The position numbers and the translations under genes were made by a program. Below are positions 25,692 through 38,900 of a DNA stretch of 64,000 bases, piece by piece (position 1 is the first letter of the stretch; each line of letters begins with the position of its first letter). Under the pieces are notes generated by a model that saw nothing but the letters and a program-made list of their open reading frames with translations, did no database searches and was not told the DNA's origin. Source of the DNA: Octopus vulgaris (Eukaryota); the NCBI GenBank assembly GCA_951406725.2, contig OX597822.1, positions 47,430,001-47,494,000 on the forward strand. Reading direction: 5' to 3'.

Positions 25692-28309
25692 CGTGTGTGC
25701 GTGCGTGCGTGTGTGTGTAAATCCACAGAACTTCTGAAGTTCGCAACTGATTTTCTCCAAACTGGGAACATACATTACTTATGTTCCAAAGATGGTTTTA
25801 CACTCTTAAAATTTTTTACATAATGAGTAATGGGCCCCTTGGGGGCAGAAAACATCCCTTTTCTGGGTTACGTATGACTGCCCGTATAGTTCACGCATTG
25901 CTTCTGTTCAAACCGGAAAAAACAGCTGCTGATATGATATAAGTAGATTGTATTAAATGGATGAACCGATATTGACTTCAAACTGCGTTGTCTAAGTGGT
26001 AGCAATAATAGCCTGTTCCCGTAGTACCATAGGTAGCAATTTGTTGGAATAAAAACCGTTTGGAATGCACTGTTTATTATGAAAAATATGCTAAAATATA
26101 TTAAATTTTGAGCAGCTATTCAACTCTTTTCTTTTAGCTTCAGTATCAAAGTTGACCTCGGCGGAATTTGAACTCAGAATGTAACGGCAGATGAAATACT
26201 GCTAGCCATTTCGCTCGGCGTGCTAACAATTCTACCAGCTCGTTTGAGGCCGCTCCGAAAACGAGTGTTTTGATTTCCTTTTTTTCTTTTCTTTATTCTT
26301 TCTTTGTATTAGGTTAGGGGAAAGGAGTAGCGCCTGTGGCTTTTGCAGACACTCCAAGACTAGTGAGATTGATAGCGTTAATGTTACAAGTCAACACATG
26401 TAGAAAAGACAGGAGCAGGTAGAAAACTAAAAGATCCCCGAGAGCCGATGTGTGATGAATGACTGGGTAATTTGATTAGTGCAGAATAGGAGAAGTTAGG
26501 CACATCGAGGTGACGAGGGGAGGCGAGGAGAAGTGGATAGGAATCATATAAATAGTGGAGACACAATGGCAGCCTATTCTGAAGAACAGAGTCTGTTATA
26601 GCAGCGGTAGAAAAGGCAGAGAAGAGTGATAGTGCACTTGTGGGCCTAATCAATCGAATGACCTTCTTCTGGATGTGGTCTGGGATGTCTATGTGTAGCA
26701 GCACCATTCCATATGTGGGAGCAATGGTTCATCGTGGGCTTCACTTCAACTTTGTAGAGTATCACTTTTGCCGAGTGTCATTCCTTAACATAGCACATTG
26801 TGTCCAGAGTGGGAATTTATCATTTTTGGAAGTTTCCCCTAGACGTTTAAAATGCATATTTTCTTGTTCTCTAAACTCAAGAGATTACAAAGCGATCAAC
26901 CTGAGTTTAAAATAATGTATGGTTCAATTTTTATAGCTTTTTAAAATCGGCCAATTTAACGAAATTTGCGTTTTTTTTTTTTCAGTAACATATGATTGAA
27001 CATATTTTCTTTCACACAAAAAAAAGAAAGACTTTTAACTTCTGTTTGAACTTATTTAGAAGCATTTTTTATTGTCTTTCAGTGAAGCTACAGCCTAGAG
27101 TGCAGAGGTCAACATAACTTTGAGAAATTTGAGAAAATAGGGGATGCATGAAAATTATCCAAATTTTTGGCAAACTTGATAATTTTTTTAAATGACAAAT
27201 TTTGATATATTAAGGACTAATATATTTGACATCCTCAACATTTTATATAAACTGTGGGAAAAAATAAGTTCAAAGGGGTTAAAAGGCCACACAAACAGTA
27301 TAATTCCAGTTTGGTACCAAACATCAAAACCAACCAAAATTGGGTAAAATCAGTAGTTATTGATCCCCAACGTGATTAAACGAGTATAAAAACAGGAAAC
27401 ATAAAATGGACTCAAAACCTAATAAATTTCTTCAAATAATTGTTCTTAAATGCACTTTTATAGAGTAAAAATCTGATTAGGAAGGTTAGATTCCGGCTTG
27501 GGGAATTTTGCCTTGCTTACGCCGAAATTGAAGAAGGGCCAAAACACGAGATAAGAAAAACAACATATTCCCAATAAATGAGCCCTCAACTCGAGATATG
27601 GTTTTTTTCCTGAATTAGCCAATCTAGGCACAGTGTGCATAGTTACGACTGCATCATAAACCTCAACAACTGTTGACACTCTACAAAGCCCAAATAAGGC
27701 CCGTAAATTAACTAATGACTCTTACGTCTAGAATGGTGCTGTTACTACACACAGAAGAGGACCATTCAACAGATTGGCTTTAAATCATTCATTGATATGC
27801 CCTAGTTTCTAAGTCACCACCGTACTGTCTCATCTCCTTGCTTTTACTGTCGCTACAGTAATGGCCTCTGTTCTCAGAATTGGCTGGTGTTATGCCTCCA
27901 CAAATCATACCATTTCGATTCTCCCTCCCTGCCTCTCCTCTTCTCGTTACATTTTTGTGTCCAACACCCACTATCCTGCACTAATCGATACACCCACTCA
28001 TTTCTTCCAAACCATCAGCCCTTCGAAATCTTCTCGGTCCTACATAATTTCCTATCTGTTCATCGTATCTTTTCTGCAAGTGTTTTTGTTTGTTGTTTTT
28101 TTAACGTGCAGAGGATTCGAAACCGAGTCACTGGGGAGCAAAGCAGACTTCACGACGACCAAGCCACAGTAGTTTCAAGTGATCGGCCGGTTAATCGACC
28201 CACCAGCGTCAAGCCATCGTGTGATTCGACTTGCTAGAACTTTCTCATCGAGCCCTATATAAAGGTGGATTTTTGGCAGTAATCCCATAGTGTTGAGACT
28301 GCTGCTCAG

Positions 28310-29199
28310 CGTCTCCATTCTCATTTCATCACCAGCTGTTGGCAGATAGAAGGCACGGATTTTGTCGTCATTAATAAAAGTTGTGCTTCTACACGCATCC
28401 CTAAAAATACATTTTCATTCACCAGCAACTATCACGACTATCACCACAACAACAGCAACAACATATCCACGACAAACGCTATCAATTTTACTGCTCTTGG
28501 AAAACCTGCAAAGACCAGAGGCACGGCTCAGCCTTGCTGACCTAACAAGCAAAAAATAAAAAAAGGAAAATACTCATTTTCTCAGAATGATCACCTGAAA
28601 TGGCTCAATACTTATATGGATACGAAAAGAAATGCGTAAATGTAAAAGAAAGGAAATGTATCTTGCGGTTGCTAAATTGACCTAGGAAGTTGAATACATA
28701 AACGTGTGTGTATGTGTGTGTGTGTGAGCGCTCGCTCCTGCGCACGCATGCGTGGGTATATGGGTCAGTGAAACAACAATAGCAACTACAAAAATGTAAA
28801 CAACACCTACAATACAAAATATTTCTTGCCTAGGACAAACAAGTTGGCCATAGGCATGAGGAAGCTAATCAAAATATTAAATGCGCAACGCTAAAAGTGA
28901 AAGTGTGCAAGGCCGACAGCTTTATCATATCTTGCCAAAAGAAAGTGAGAAATCTCATAGAATCGATGTAAATGTATTCATGAAGCACCTGAATACATTA
29001 TCATCTGCGATTCCGGACAAACCAGCATCACAATAAGAAACGAAACTGGGGGAGAGCATCATCATTAAAAGTTTAAAAAGTTCCTGTAGAAACAGTGCCA
29101 GGTGCACAGCTGGTGCCTCCAGCATGGCCACCACCATACGGCTGGTAGTAGTAAGCAAATATATAACTCTGTGTGGGTGTGGGTATGTGCGTGGGCGCG

Positions 29200-29255
<56 letters not shown>

Positions 29256-29257
29256 AC

Positions 29258-29325
<68 letters not shown>

Positions 29326-29333
29326 ATACATAC

Positions 29334-29388
<55 letters not shown>

Positions 29389-29391
29389 TAC

Positions 29392-29463
<72 letters not shown>

Positions 29464-29877
29464 TCTTCCTTGCCAAGAATTCACAACGACCTCGAACCCA
29501 CAAGTGTAAACAAGAGAGACAGAGACAGGCAGAAACAAGGAAAATACCCCTTGTATTTGAATACCATGCAAATATTCTTTTAAACAACTTTTCTATAAAT
29601 TTTTCCAAAATTTAATTGTTTTCCATACATACGAGTTGAAAAAGTCTTAATGACTGAAACCGGTACTGAAATGTTTTTTATAAAATTATTTTAGCATTTT
29701 CTACCTTGTCTTTTTTCCATATATATATACACATATATACGATGGGCTTCTTTCAGTTTCCGTCTACCAAATCCACTCACAAGGCTTTGGTTTGCCCGAG
29801 GCTGTAGTAGACGACATTTGCCCAAGTGGGACTGACCCCGGAACCATGTTGTTGGTAAGCAAGCTACTTACAGCCAC

Positions 29878-29937
<60 letters not shown>

Positions 29938-30396
29938 CACACAGTTTTATTTGTTTACTACTACCAGCCGTATGGTGATGGCCATGCTGGAGGCACCAGC
30001 TGTGCACCTGGCACTGTTTCTACAGGACCTTTTTTAACTTTTAGTCATGCCGCTGTCCCCCAGTTGCGTTTCTTATTGTGATGCTGGTTTGTCCGGAATC
30101 GCAGATGATAATGTATTCAGGTGCTTCTTGAATACATTTACATCAATTGTATGAAATTTCTTACTTTCTTTTGGCAAGATATAATAAAGCTGTCGGCCTT
30201 GCACACTTTCACTTTTGGCGTTGCGCATTTAATATTTTGATTAGCTTCCTCATGCCTATGGCCAACTTGTTTGTCCTAGGCAAGAAATATTTTGTATTGT
30301 AGGTGTTGTTTACATTTTTGTAGTCGCTATTGTTGTTTCTCCCACCCATTCACCCACGCATGCGCTCACACACACACACATACGCGCGCGCGCGCG

Positions 30397-30461
<65 letters not shown>

Positions 30462-31190
30462 ACACGTTTATGTCTTCAACTTCCTAGGTCAATTTAGCAA
30501 CCGCAAGAAATATTTCCTTTCTTTTATATTTACGCATTTCTTTTCGTATCCATATAGGTATTGAAAGTATTGAGCCATTTGAGGTGATCATTCTGAGAAA
30601 ATGAGTATTTTCCTTTTTTATTTTTTGCTTGTTGGGTCAGCAAGGCTGAGCCGTGCCTCTGGTCTTTGCAGGTTTTCCAAGAGCAGTAAAATTGATAGCG
30701 TTTGTCGTGGATATGTTGTTGCTGTTGTTGTGGTGATAGTCGTGATAGTTGCTGGTGAATGAAAATGTATTTTCAGGGATGCGTGTAGAAGCACTAGCGT
30801 AGCTAGAGTGTGTGCCACCCGGGACGGCCCTTCCGTTTTCCGCCCCCGAACCCCACAAAAACACATATCGTGTACATGAGACTCCAAAATGCCGCCCGAG
30901 GCGGACTGCCCCTACCTTTCCTCCCCCTGCTATGCTAGTGTGTAGAAATAATCAACAACACTCATGAACAGTGAATAGAAGATTCCATTACTGTTCGCAG
31001 TGTTTTCAGGGATGGTCTTTCAAAAATGCTAACAGCAACAATTATCCACTTGAGAGACGTACTACTGGGATCTACGACATTTTAACTGGTATAGTTATAG
31101 GGGCTGGTCCTTCACAACTTTTATTAATGACGACAAAATCCGTGCCTTCTATCTACCAACAGCTGGTGCTGAAATGAGAATGGAGACGTT
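28310..31190. repeat. Large inverted duplication (arms about 28310-29175 and 29940-31190)
   Basis: Near-identical reverse-complement arms. The ORF track gives the same peptides on opposite strands (28362+/30618- and 28605-/30292+). Confidence 0.9.
30792..30940. mobile_element. hAT-type MITE
   Basis: TIRs CACTAGCGTAGC / GCTATGCTAGTG. 8-bp flanks TGTAGAAG / TGTAGAAA. A relative lies at about 54423-54666. Confidence 0.75.
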
Positions 31191-31512
31191 GTAAAATGTG
31201 GTAGCAGCAGTGCCAGCATCCACAAAAGAAGTATTCTTGGATGTAATTATTATTATTGTTATTGTTCAGGTCACTACTTGGAATCGAACTCGGAACCTTG
31301 GGGTTGGTAGCCCGCGCTGTTAACCACTACACCATATGCCCATGGGAAATTACGGGCTGAATTTTAGGGTTTATAAATCTAATATTTTTCTATCCTTCTG
31401 AGTTCGATTTCAAGCAGTGACCTGAACACTAACAACAACAACAATAATAATAATAATAATAACATTGAAAAATACCGTAGGAATGAGAACCCAGGTTTGA
31501 AATTTCCCCCAA

Positions 31513-31558
31513 GACACCTGATGAAGTCTGGAGGGTATATCAGCCGAAACGTTGTGTT
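31513..31558 (+). ncRNA. Minimal Penelope-type hammerhead
   Basis: GACAC-CUGAUGA-A-GUCUG-gaggguauau-CAGCC-GAAA-CG-UU^-GUGUU. Stem III is reduced to the palindrome AACGUU. One mismatch in stem II. Confidence 0.65.
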
Positions 31559-32410
31559 AACAACAAACAAGATGAGGAAAAATATCCGTCGAATGTAAAT
31601 AATGTAAATAAAGTACATAATTCCTCATCTCTTAAATATAGAACTGCAGATGCATGGCATGTTACTTAGTCGAATTAGCACTTCATTTACTCTAGAAATG
31701 TTTTGCCATCAATGCTGCACTTCCCCGTATCACTTGTTTCAACTTAACTGTACCATATATACAAACCATTTAAATCCCAAGCAACGCCGGGTATGTCTTC
31801 TAGTATAACCTCTATCGCAACAACAATATGACTTACATGAATCATCGATTCTAAGAAAGGAAAAAGCAACAGAAATGATTACTTGTTTGTTGAAGAATGC
31901 AGTTAAACTGCTTAGTGTCACAATTACCTCAAAAGGACAATCATTCCCATTTACTCGAATTCAAAATGTGCTGATCCTTCCCTCTATGCCGAATTATACG
32001 TGACACATTCCGTTTTTTACGACTTGAAAACTGGAGCGATTCTCTCACTTGCAAACGGCGATGTTTGTTGTTTTTCGCTATTTTTATGAACAACCAGTGA
32101 CTTCTACTCTGGAAATCCTGTCGCTCTCTGAGAGGTTTACAGTCGAGCCTGTGGCAGTGCAGATCTCCGATGTTTTCGCCCCTCCCCCTGCCACCGGACC
32201 ATTTCCCTACTCACCGCTATCGGGGCGGAGATGAAATCGGTAAGTGCAAGTCCCTTGACTCAGAGCGGTTGTCTTGGCGCACCCACTTTTTCCGTTTTGT
32301 CTGCTGGGACCTTAAGGCGGTCTGAATTACACTGAAAGCTAATTATATTACGATCTTATTTCTTAGGACATTTTCAGTTAAATGAAATAAAGGTACTGTA
32401 AACGGACCAT

Positions 32411-32475
<65 letters not shown>

Positions 32476-32476
<1 letters not shown>

Positions 32477-34143
32477 TAGCAGAGATACCCGGTGTTGCCT
32501 GTGTTACATGCGATTGAAGAATTAGACTTTTCTCTTATATTTTCTGTAATGAACTGGAATACCTATGATTCGAATTTCATCAAAATTGCAGATAAGGGTT
32601 ATTTCCCTCTTTACACACCCTAAAAAAATTGTAATCATGACACATGTATCCCATACTACTGATTTTCATGCGCAGATTCCAAAATTCCAGTCTTATAGAG
32701 CCTGTTAAAAGGATTTTGCTCCCGAAAAATGGAGGTCACGGAGCTCTAAAATGTGGGAGTTAAGGCCTCTATAGGGGGTGGGGATGCTAATGTCAACCAG
32801 AGAAGTTGAATTGTTGAGAATCTTTTCAACTTGGGTCTTATATGTATTGTTTGAATTTCTTTGAAATAGGAAATATATGTTCACTGGGTTTGTAAAAGGG
32901 AGCAAAGCTACAGGAAACTAAAAGACGAATGATTACAATAAGCAGTCAGCTACCCTACCCTAGTCGTTACCACTCTCAATATAGGATTCCTCAACATCCA
33001 GGTGACAGGCACAGCCGTAAGATGCATTACGAATCTATAGCAATTGGAAGGGCGTGACTCAACTGTGTGACGTGAGGGCTAAGGAGAAATGAAAGTGTCA
33101 CCTCTGGAGTTTGCAAATGACCACTATACTGATACGTAGCTGAACAGAATAAATTTACAATCTATAAATGTCTTTGAATAACTAGTCACTCATCTGGGAA
33201 GGCCTTGAAATCAATGTTACCATCTGGGGACTAAGTGTGACCCAGTGATAATAAAAAGACTGAAAAGAGGTCTGTAATCAAATAACTTTACTCAACACTT
33301 TGCAACTGAATCAGTGGAGGCAAAGATACCTCTCATTTACTTGACAATTTATGCACCACATTGCAGAAATCACAATCTAAGTGTATGTCAAAGCAAACTG
33401 TTACACTGTTGTACCATTGAATTACAAATAATGCTCATCTTTTATGCTCGGGTGACCCTACAGCTTCCAAGAATACAACTGCATTCATCTTTGCTTCGAT
33501 AAAATGACTAAATTGTGGGTGTTAAGTTCCCATGAAGGGGTCTTTCTAATTTGTAAGAAGATGAAATTTTATAAATATTACTTCATTTGTGTCTAATATC
33601 TATGGTTATAATTTCATCAACAGCAAAAATATATGAATTGTCATGGGGGTTGTGGCCCTTATGCATAGAATATAATTTCCAAATTTCGTAAAGATCCATT
33701 CAGTACTTTTGACCTAGTTTTGGATCATAAAAGAAATGACTAAAATTTGGGAGTCAAGGCCCCCATTAGGGTGTCTTAGAATCCTCATGAGAAGTGGAAA
33801 CTTTGAGAATACTTCTTGATGTGTGTCAATTACCCATGGTTGAAATTTCATCAACATCGAAAATTTATGAATTTTCATGGGGGTTCTGCCCCCTTTCAGC
33901 CATCTGAAATTCAAACCAAACATATTTCGTTATACCCAGCCTTATGCATTGAATCTAAGTTTCAAATATTATAAGGATCCATTCAATAATTTTGGTCCAT
34001 GAAATTGTATGAAACACACAACATTACCCTTCTTCCTAGGCTTGGATTTTGTGTTCTAAATTTCATTAGGATCGGTGCAGCTGTTTTCGAATGTATAAGT
34101 AACACATGAACAAACATAAAGACATTGACTTTGATATAAGAGA
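32476..34143 (-). mobile_element. Non-autonomous Helitron
   Basis: The minus strand starts TCTCTTATATCAAAG...AAAACAGCTGCACCGATCCTAATGAAATTT and ends CAGGCAACACCGGGTATCTCTGCTAG|T. Inserted between A and T. Confidence 0.75.
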
Positions 34144-34191
34144 TATGAATATGCACATATACATACATGTATATGTGTGTATGCGTGTGTG

Positions 34192-34235
<44 letters not shown>

Positions 34236-34509
34236 ACACACAAAGATAAATTGATAGATACAACTGAGTGGGCAAGCAAAAATATGAGACACAGTCTAGT
34301 GCTTTTTTTTATATTTTGATAAGCCTGGTACTTATTCTATTAGTTTCTTCTTGTGAAACCAGTAAGTTATGGGTATGTAAATAAACGAACAACAGTTGTG
34401 AAACAGTGATGATGGCGAAACACAGAGACAAAGACACACACATACACTTACATATATACATACATATATATATATACGATTGATTTCTTTCAGTTTCTGT
34501 CTACGAAAT

Positions 34510-34571
<62 letters not shown>

Positions 34572-35165
34572 GCACACACACAAAGATAAATTGATAGATA
34601 CAACTGAGTGGGCAAACAAAAATATAAGACACTGCCTAGTGCTTATTTTGATAAGCCTGGTACTTATTCTATCAGTTTCTTCTTGTGAAACCAGTAAGTT
34701 ATGGGTATGTAAATAAACGAACAGCAGTTGTGAAGCAGTGATGAAGGAGAAACACAAAGACACACACATAAACTTACATATATACATACATATATATACA
34801 ATTGATTTCTTTCAGTTTCTGTCGACAAAATCCACTGACAAGGCTTTGGTTGGTTTGAGGCTATAGCAGAAGACACATGCCAAGTCACCACACAGTGGGA
34901 CTGAACCCAGGACCAAGTGTTTTGGAACCAAGTTTGTTACTACACAGCCACACCTGCACCTATGTATATGTGTGTGTATGTATGTGTGTATATATGTATG
35001 CATGCATATATGTGTATATATATCTGTGCATATTAAATGTACATCTATATATATACATCTACACATATTCATGTATACATATACATCTATATCTATAGAA
35101 ATACATCTATACATATACATCTATGCATATACAGCTATACATATACATGTATACAGATACATCTA

Positions 35166-35250
<85 letters not shown>

Positions 35251-35437
35251 ATATATACATCCATATATATACATCTATATATATACATCTATATCTATAT
35301 ACATGTAAATTTAAATTTAAAATAATTAGGGTGAAAAATTGAATATCAATTTGAGTAATATCAATTTAAAACCAGTTATGTAGCATATTGAAAAATCTGA
35401 AGTTTCAGAAAAAAATTATATTACATACATATAGGAG

Positions 35438-35565
35438 GGATGACCTGTAAGTAGACATCCATTATGCTAGAAGAAGATCCGCTATGGTCTTACCATTCCT
35501 TTGTTAGTGGTAAAACCATAGCAGATATTCTTCTAGCATAATGGATGTCCACTTACAGGTCATCC
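35438..35565. repeat. Fold-back hairpin with arms of about 57 bp
   Basis: GGATGACCTGTAAGTAGACATCCATTATGCTAGAAGAA...TTCTTCTAGCATAATGGATGTCCACTTACAGGTCATCC. Confidence 0.9.
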
Positions 35566-35816
35566 GTCTTAAAGTTTAAGTATTAAAGTGAAAATATTAA
35601 AGTGAAAGTATCTGACATTACACTAGAGAGATGTTATTGTTTCAATTTTGACACGTAATACTGAAATATGGAGAAGATATGATATTGCTGTGGGTTCGCA
35701 CTAGGCAAGAAGTTAAAAATTTATATCTCCTTCCCTTCTTTCCTGAGCGTCAAATAATACTTTAATTGTTCCACGTCCTCGCGTTGCTGTTTTTTTCTGT
35801 GTTTTCTTGTTTGGAT

Positions 35817-35848
<32 letters not shown>

Positions 35849-35945
35849 ACGGGAAGGTTTACGAAAATAAACAAAAGACGAAGGCAGGTGGAGTACAAAC
35901 AAACAAATGTATTAGTATAGCGCTCTGGAATAGAAATAGAACAAG

Positions 35946-35983
35946 TCTTTTACGTTTCGAGCCTACGCTCTTCGACAGAAAGA
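35946..35983 (-). ncRNA. Variant minimal hammerhead-like motif in a pLTR-like repeat
   Basis: UCUUU-CUGUCGA-A-GAGC-guag-GCUC-GAAA-CG-UA^-AAAGA. Core A6 is replaced by U. Same family as 46385-46420. Confidence 0.45.
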
Positions 35984-36385
35984 TACACAGAAAAAAAAAA
36001 ACAAGGAGAGAAAAAAATGCGTGTAGGAGCTAACGATATGTATGTATATATATTGTGCGTGTGTATCATGATATATATGATGGACTCTCCCATCGTTAGA
36101 CGACGTATTGAGGGTTCAACAATTTCTTACTGAACAACCACACAGATGATTTATTTATAGTGATCAGATGCTTGTGTACACATAAGCTCAGCCCCTCCAT
36201 CAAATCGACATTACCTGTACAGGTGCAACGGGTGCCACATGTCAGATGACGAAATGATCGCAGAACAACGTGAAATGAAGTGCTTTGCTCAAGAACACAA
36301 TACAACGCCCGGTCTGGGAATCGAACCCCACGATCTTGCAATCGTGAGTGCAACACCTTAACCGCTGAGCTATGCGCTTTCACGA

Positions 36386-36418
<33 letters not shown>

Positions 36419-36767
36419 TGTATGTATGTATGTATGTATGTACGTACGTATTTGTATGTATATATGTATGTATGTATGTATGCAATTTTTGAAGTAATGG
36501 GTATTTGTCAATTAGTGTGATGATGTGTTGAGACAAGCACTGGCACAGTTTGGGCTACCTGGCGTCGTCCACAGGTGGGGTATATTTCTGTTGTATGCAT
36601 GTACTCGACTTCACCTAGACTGCAAAATTGATGCAACCCAATGTGATGCATATCATCCCAGACATAAGGGACAGTCGCAGGATGGGTCTAAACGATCGTC
36701 GTACGGAATAAAGACTAATACCAAACCCATCTTCTGTTTCCTTAATCGATTATTCTGTGTGTGTGTG

Positions 36768-36822
<55 letters not shown>

Positions 36823-37229
36823 AGAAACTCAAGAAAATCTTTTCCTCTTTCACAAAACACCTGGCTGTTTGAGCAGTTACCCGTTATTACTATTTGTTCC
36901 GCAATATTGGGCCAAAAATCATAATTGAAAAGATCGTTTGTCCACTCACATTTTCAGCTTCTTAAATAGCAGGTCACATTTAAAAGAAGCGAGAAAGAAC
37001 AATATGGCCGTATCACTGTCCAACAGGTCATATACGTAAATAACAATGTCTTCTGTCGATCAGAACATTTGATTTTATAAACGTGAAAATATAAATGTTT
37101 TTATGTAAACTTTATTTTTGTTAATATTGTAATTCTAAATTTATTATGTATGTAATATCAATGCTGTACTTTGACCATTTTCGACCTGCATTTTAATACC
37201 TTCGTATAAAGAACACGTTACATAATTCC

Positions 37230-38900
37230 AGAAGGGAAAAGGCGAGAGGTTTTTACTCTGAATGTTGCATCCTTAAAGAACATAAGAGAGAGTAGAGTAT
37301 TTTGTAATTGACAAAACAAAATGTATTGTGTGTGATCTACAATTACACTATTGCATTGTTAAAGAAACGTGTGCAGGCATCACCAAACAAAGCTTATATC
37401 TTACTGTTTTCATATAAAAGGAAATCTAGGTCGCAAGAAATATGAAGACTTGAAATGGAATAGTTTGTCCCAACAATATTCAAGCTAATTTGAGAGTGAC
37501 TTATTTGTTTGTTAAGAAAGGAAAGCCGTTTTCTGGCGGTGAAGTATTTCAATCTTGTATAATATGAATAGTGGAAGAAATATGTTCAGAAAAAAAAAAA
37601 ATTTATTCAGTTATATCATTGTTTGTGCAAAAACCTGTAACTTAGTGACTTAAAACATATGAGATATCATACTTTGCAAATTAAACAATAAACTACAAGA
37701 TTTCCGAGAAGTTTTTCTCTACGTCTTTATGAATCAACAAATTAGTCAGACAATTTAGCATTGTAGTTGTTCATCCGGGGAATTAATGCTAACTTTGAAG
37801 TGATAGAAGAACTATCTTCTGCGAGAAATATGCATGGAACAACAACTACTGAAGACATTTTCAAAGAGGTAGAAAAAACATTGACGAAGTACAATCTAGT
37901 TTGGAAATGTCTAAAGGATACCACAACAGATGGTATAGAAAAAAATTGTATGAGGCGTAGAAAAACGTTTCATTGGACAAGACTACGAACCACGTGAGAG
38001 TTTTGGGTGTACAAAATCTATTGTGTTTCGTGACATCAGTCATTGATAGGGGCTTTGCAGAAAATACATAAATCTGTCATGTCACCCATCGTATGCACTC
38101 AACTATCGTCAGTTTCGATTATTTTTGGAAGAAATGGAAGCTGAATCAAATGATACCATTTTGCTATGAGATGACTTAAATATATCTGAGGACTGTTTCG
38201 AACTTCGAATGGAGATTAACATTTCTTTAATATTTCAATGAGAAATATCATGCTTAGTAGCTATTTGCAACTACCAGTGAATGTTGTTAAAACTGACACT
38301 CTCAGCTGACTTAATGAGGCATCTTAACGAGCTCAATTCTCAGATTATAAAGCGATTCGAAGCTTATGTGCGACAAATACTCTAAAGCGAACGCTTTTAA
38401 ACGCAAATTAATCTCTCATTTTTTTTTTTGTGCCCTCGGCTAACGATAAATAACATGTTTAAAATATAACAAAGGAATACAAGTTAATGAATTCTCTGTC
38501 CTTTGGAAATTGTCCAAAACATCTCGTTAATATGACACTACAGTTTCAACAACGTTTTCCCAAACCTTGATGAAAACAGAAATATAAAAAATCCTTCATG
38601 ATTAACTGCATCAACGAAATACTATTACTGGATCTTCCACTGAAAGTTAACTTACAGTTAAATGACACATTAAAAGACAAGTGCAAAAAGGAAAACCTGA
38701 TTAATCTTTATTCATGGCTTTATTTCCTTAAAATCCTTTACTCGAGAGTGGGCGCCATCATTCGTCATATATCCTATTTATTTGAAAAACCATTTCCAAA
38801 GAAGAAGTAAACCTGTTTATAGGTCGGTGATAACTGATCGAGATTTGCAGATAATTTTGACTGCAAAAACTTAGGGATTTAAATCAAAATTTGACAATAA
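37230..38900 (+). mobile_element. hAT (Buster/Charlie, GTF2IRD2-like) transposase relic
   Basis: LFIRGINANFEVIEELSSARNMHGTTTTEDIFKEVEKTL...TTTDG, plus upstream KKGKPFSGGE. Many stops and frameshifts. Confidence 0.85.

Noticed and set aside
35780-35800. ACG-TCCTCG-CGT resembling HDV P3/L3
   Set aside because: No P1, P1.1 or P2 partners could be found.
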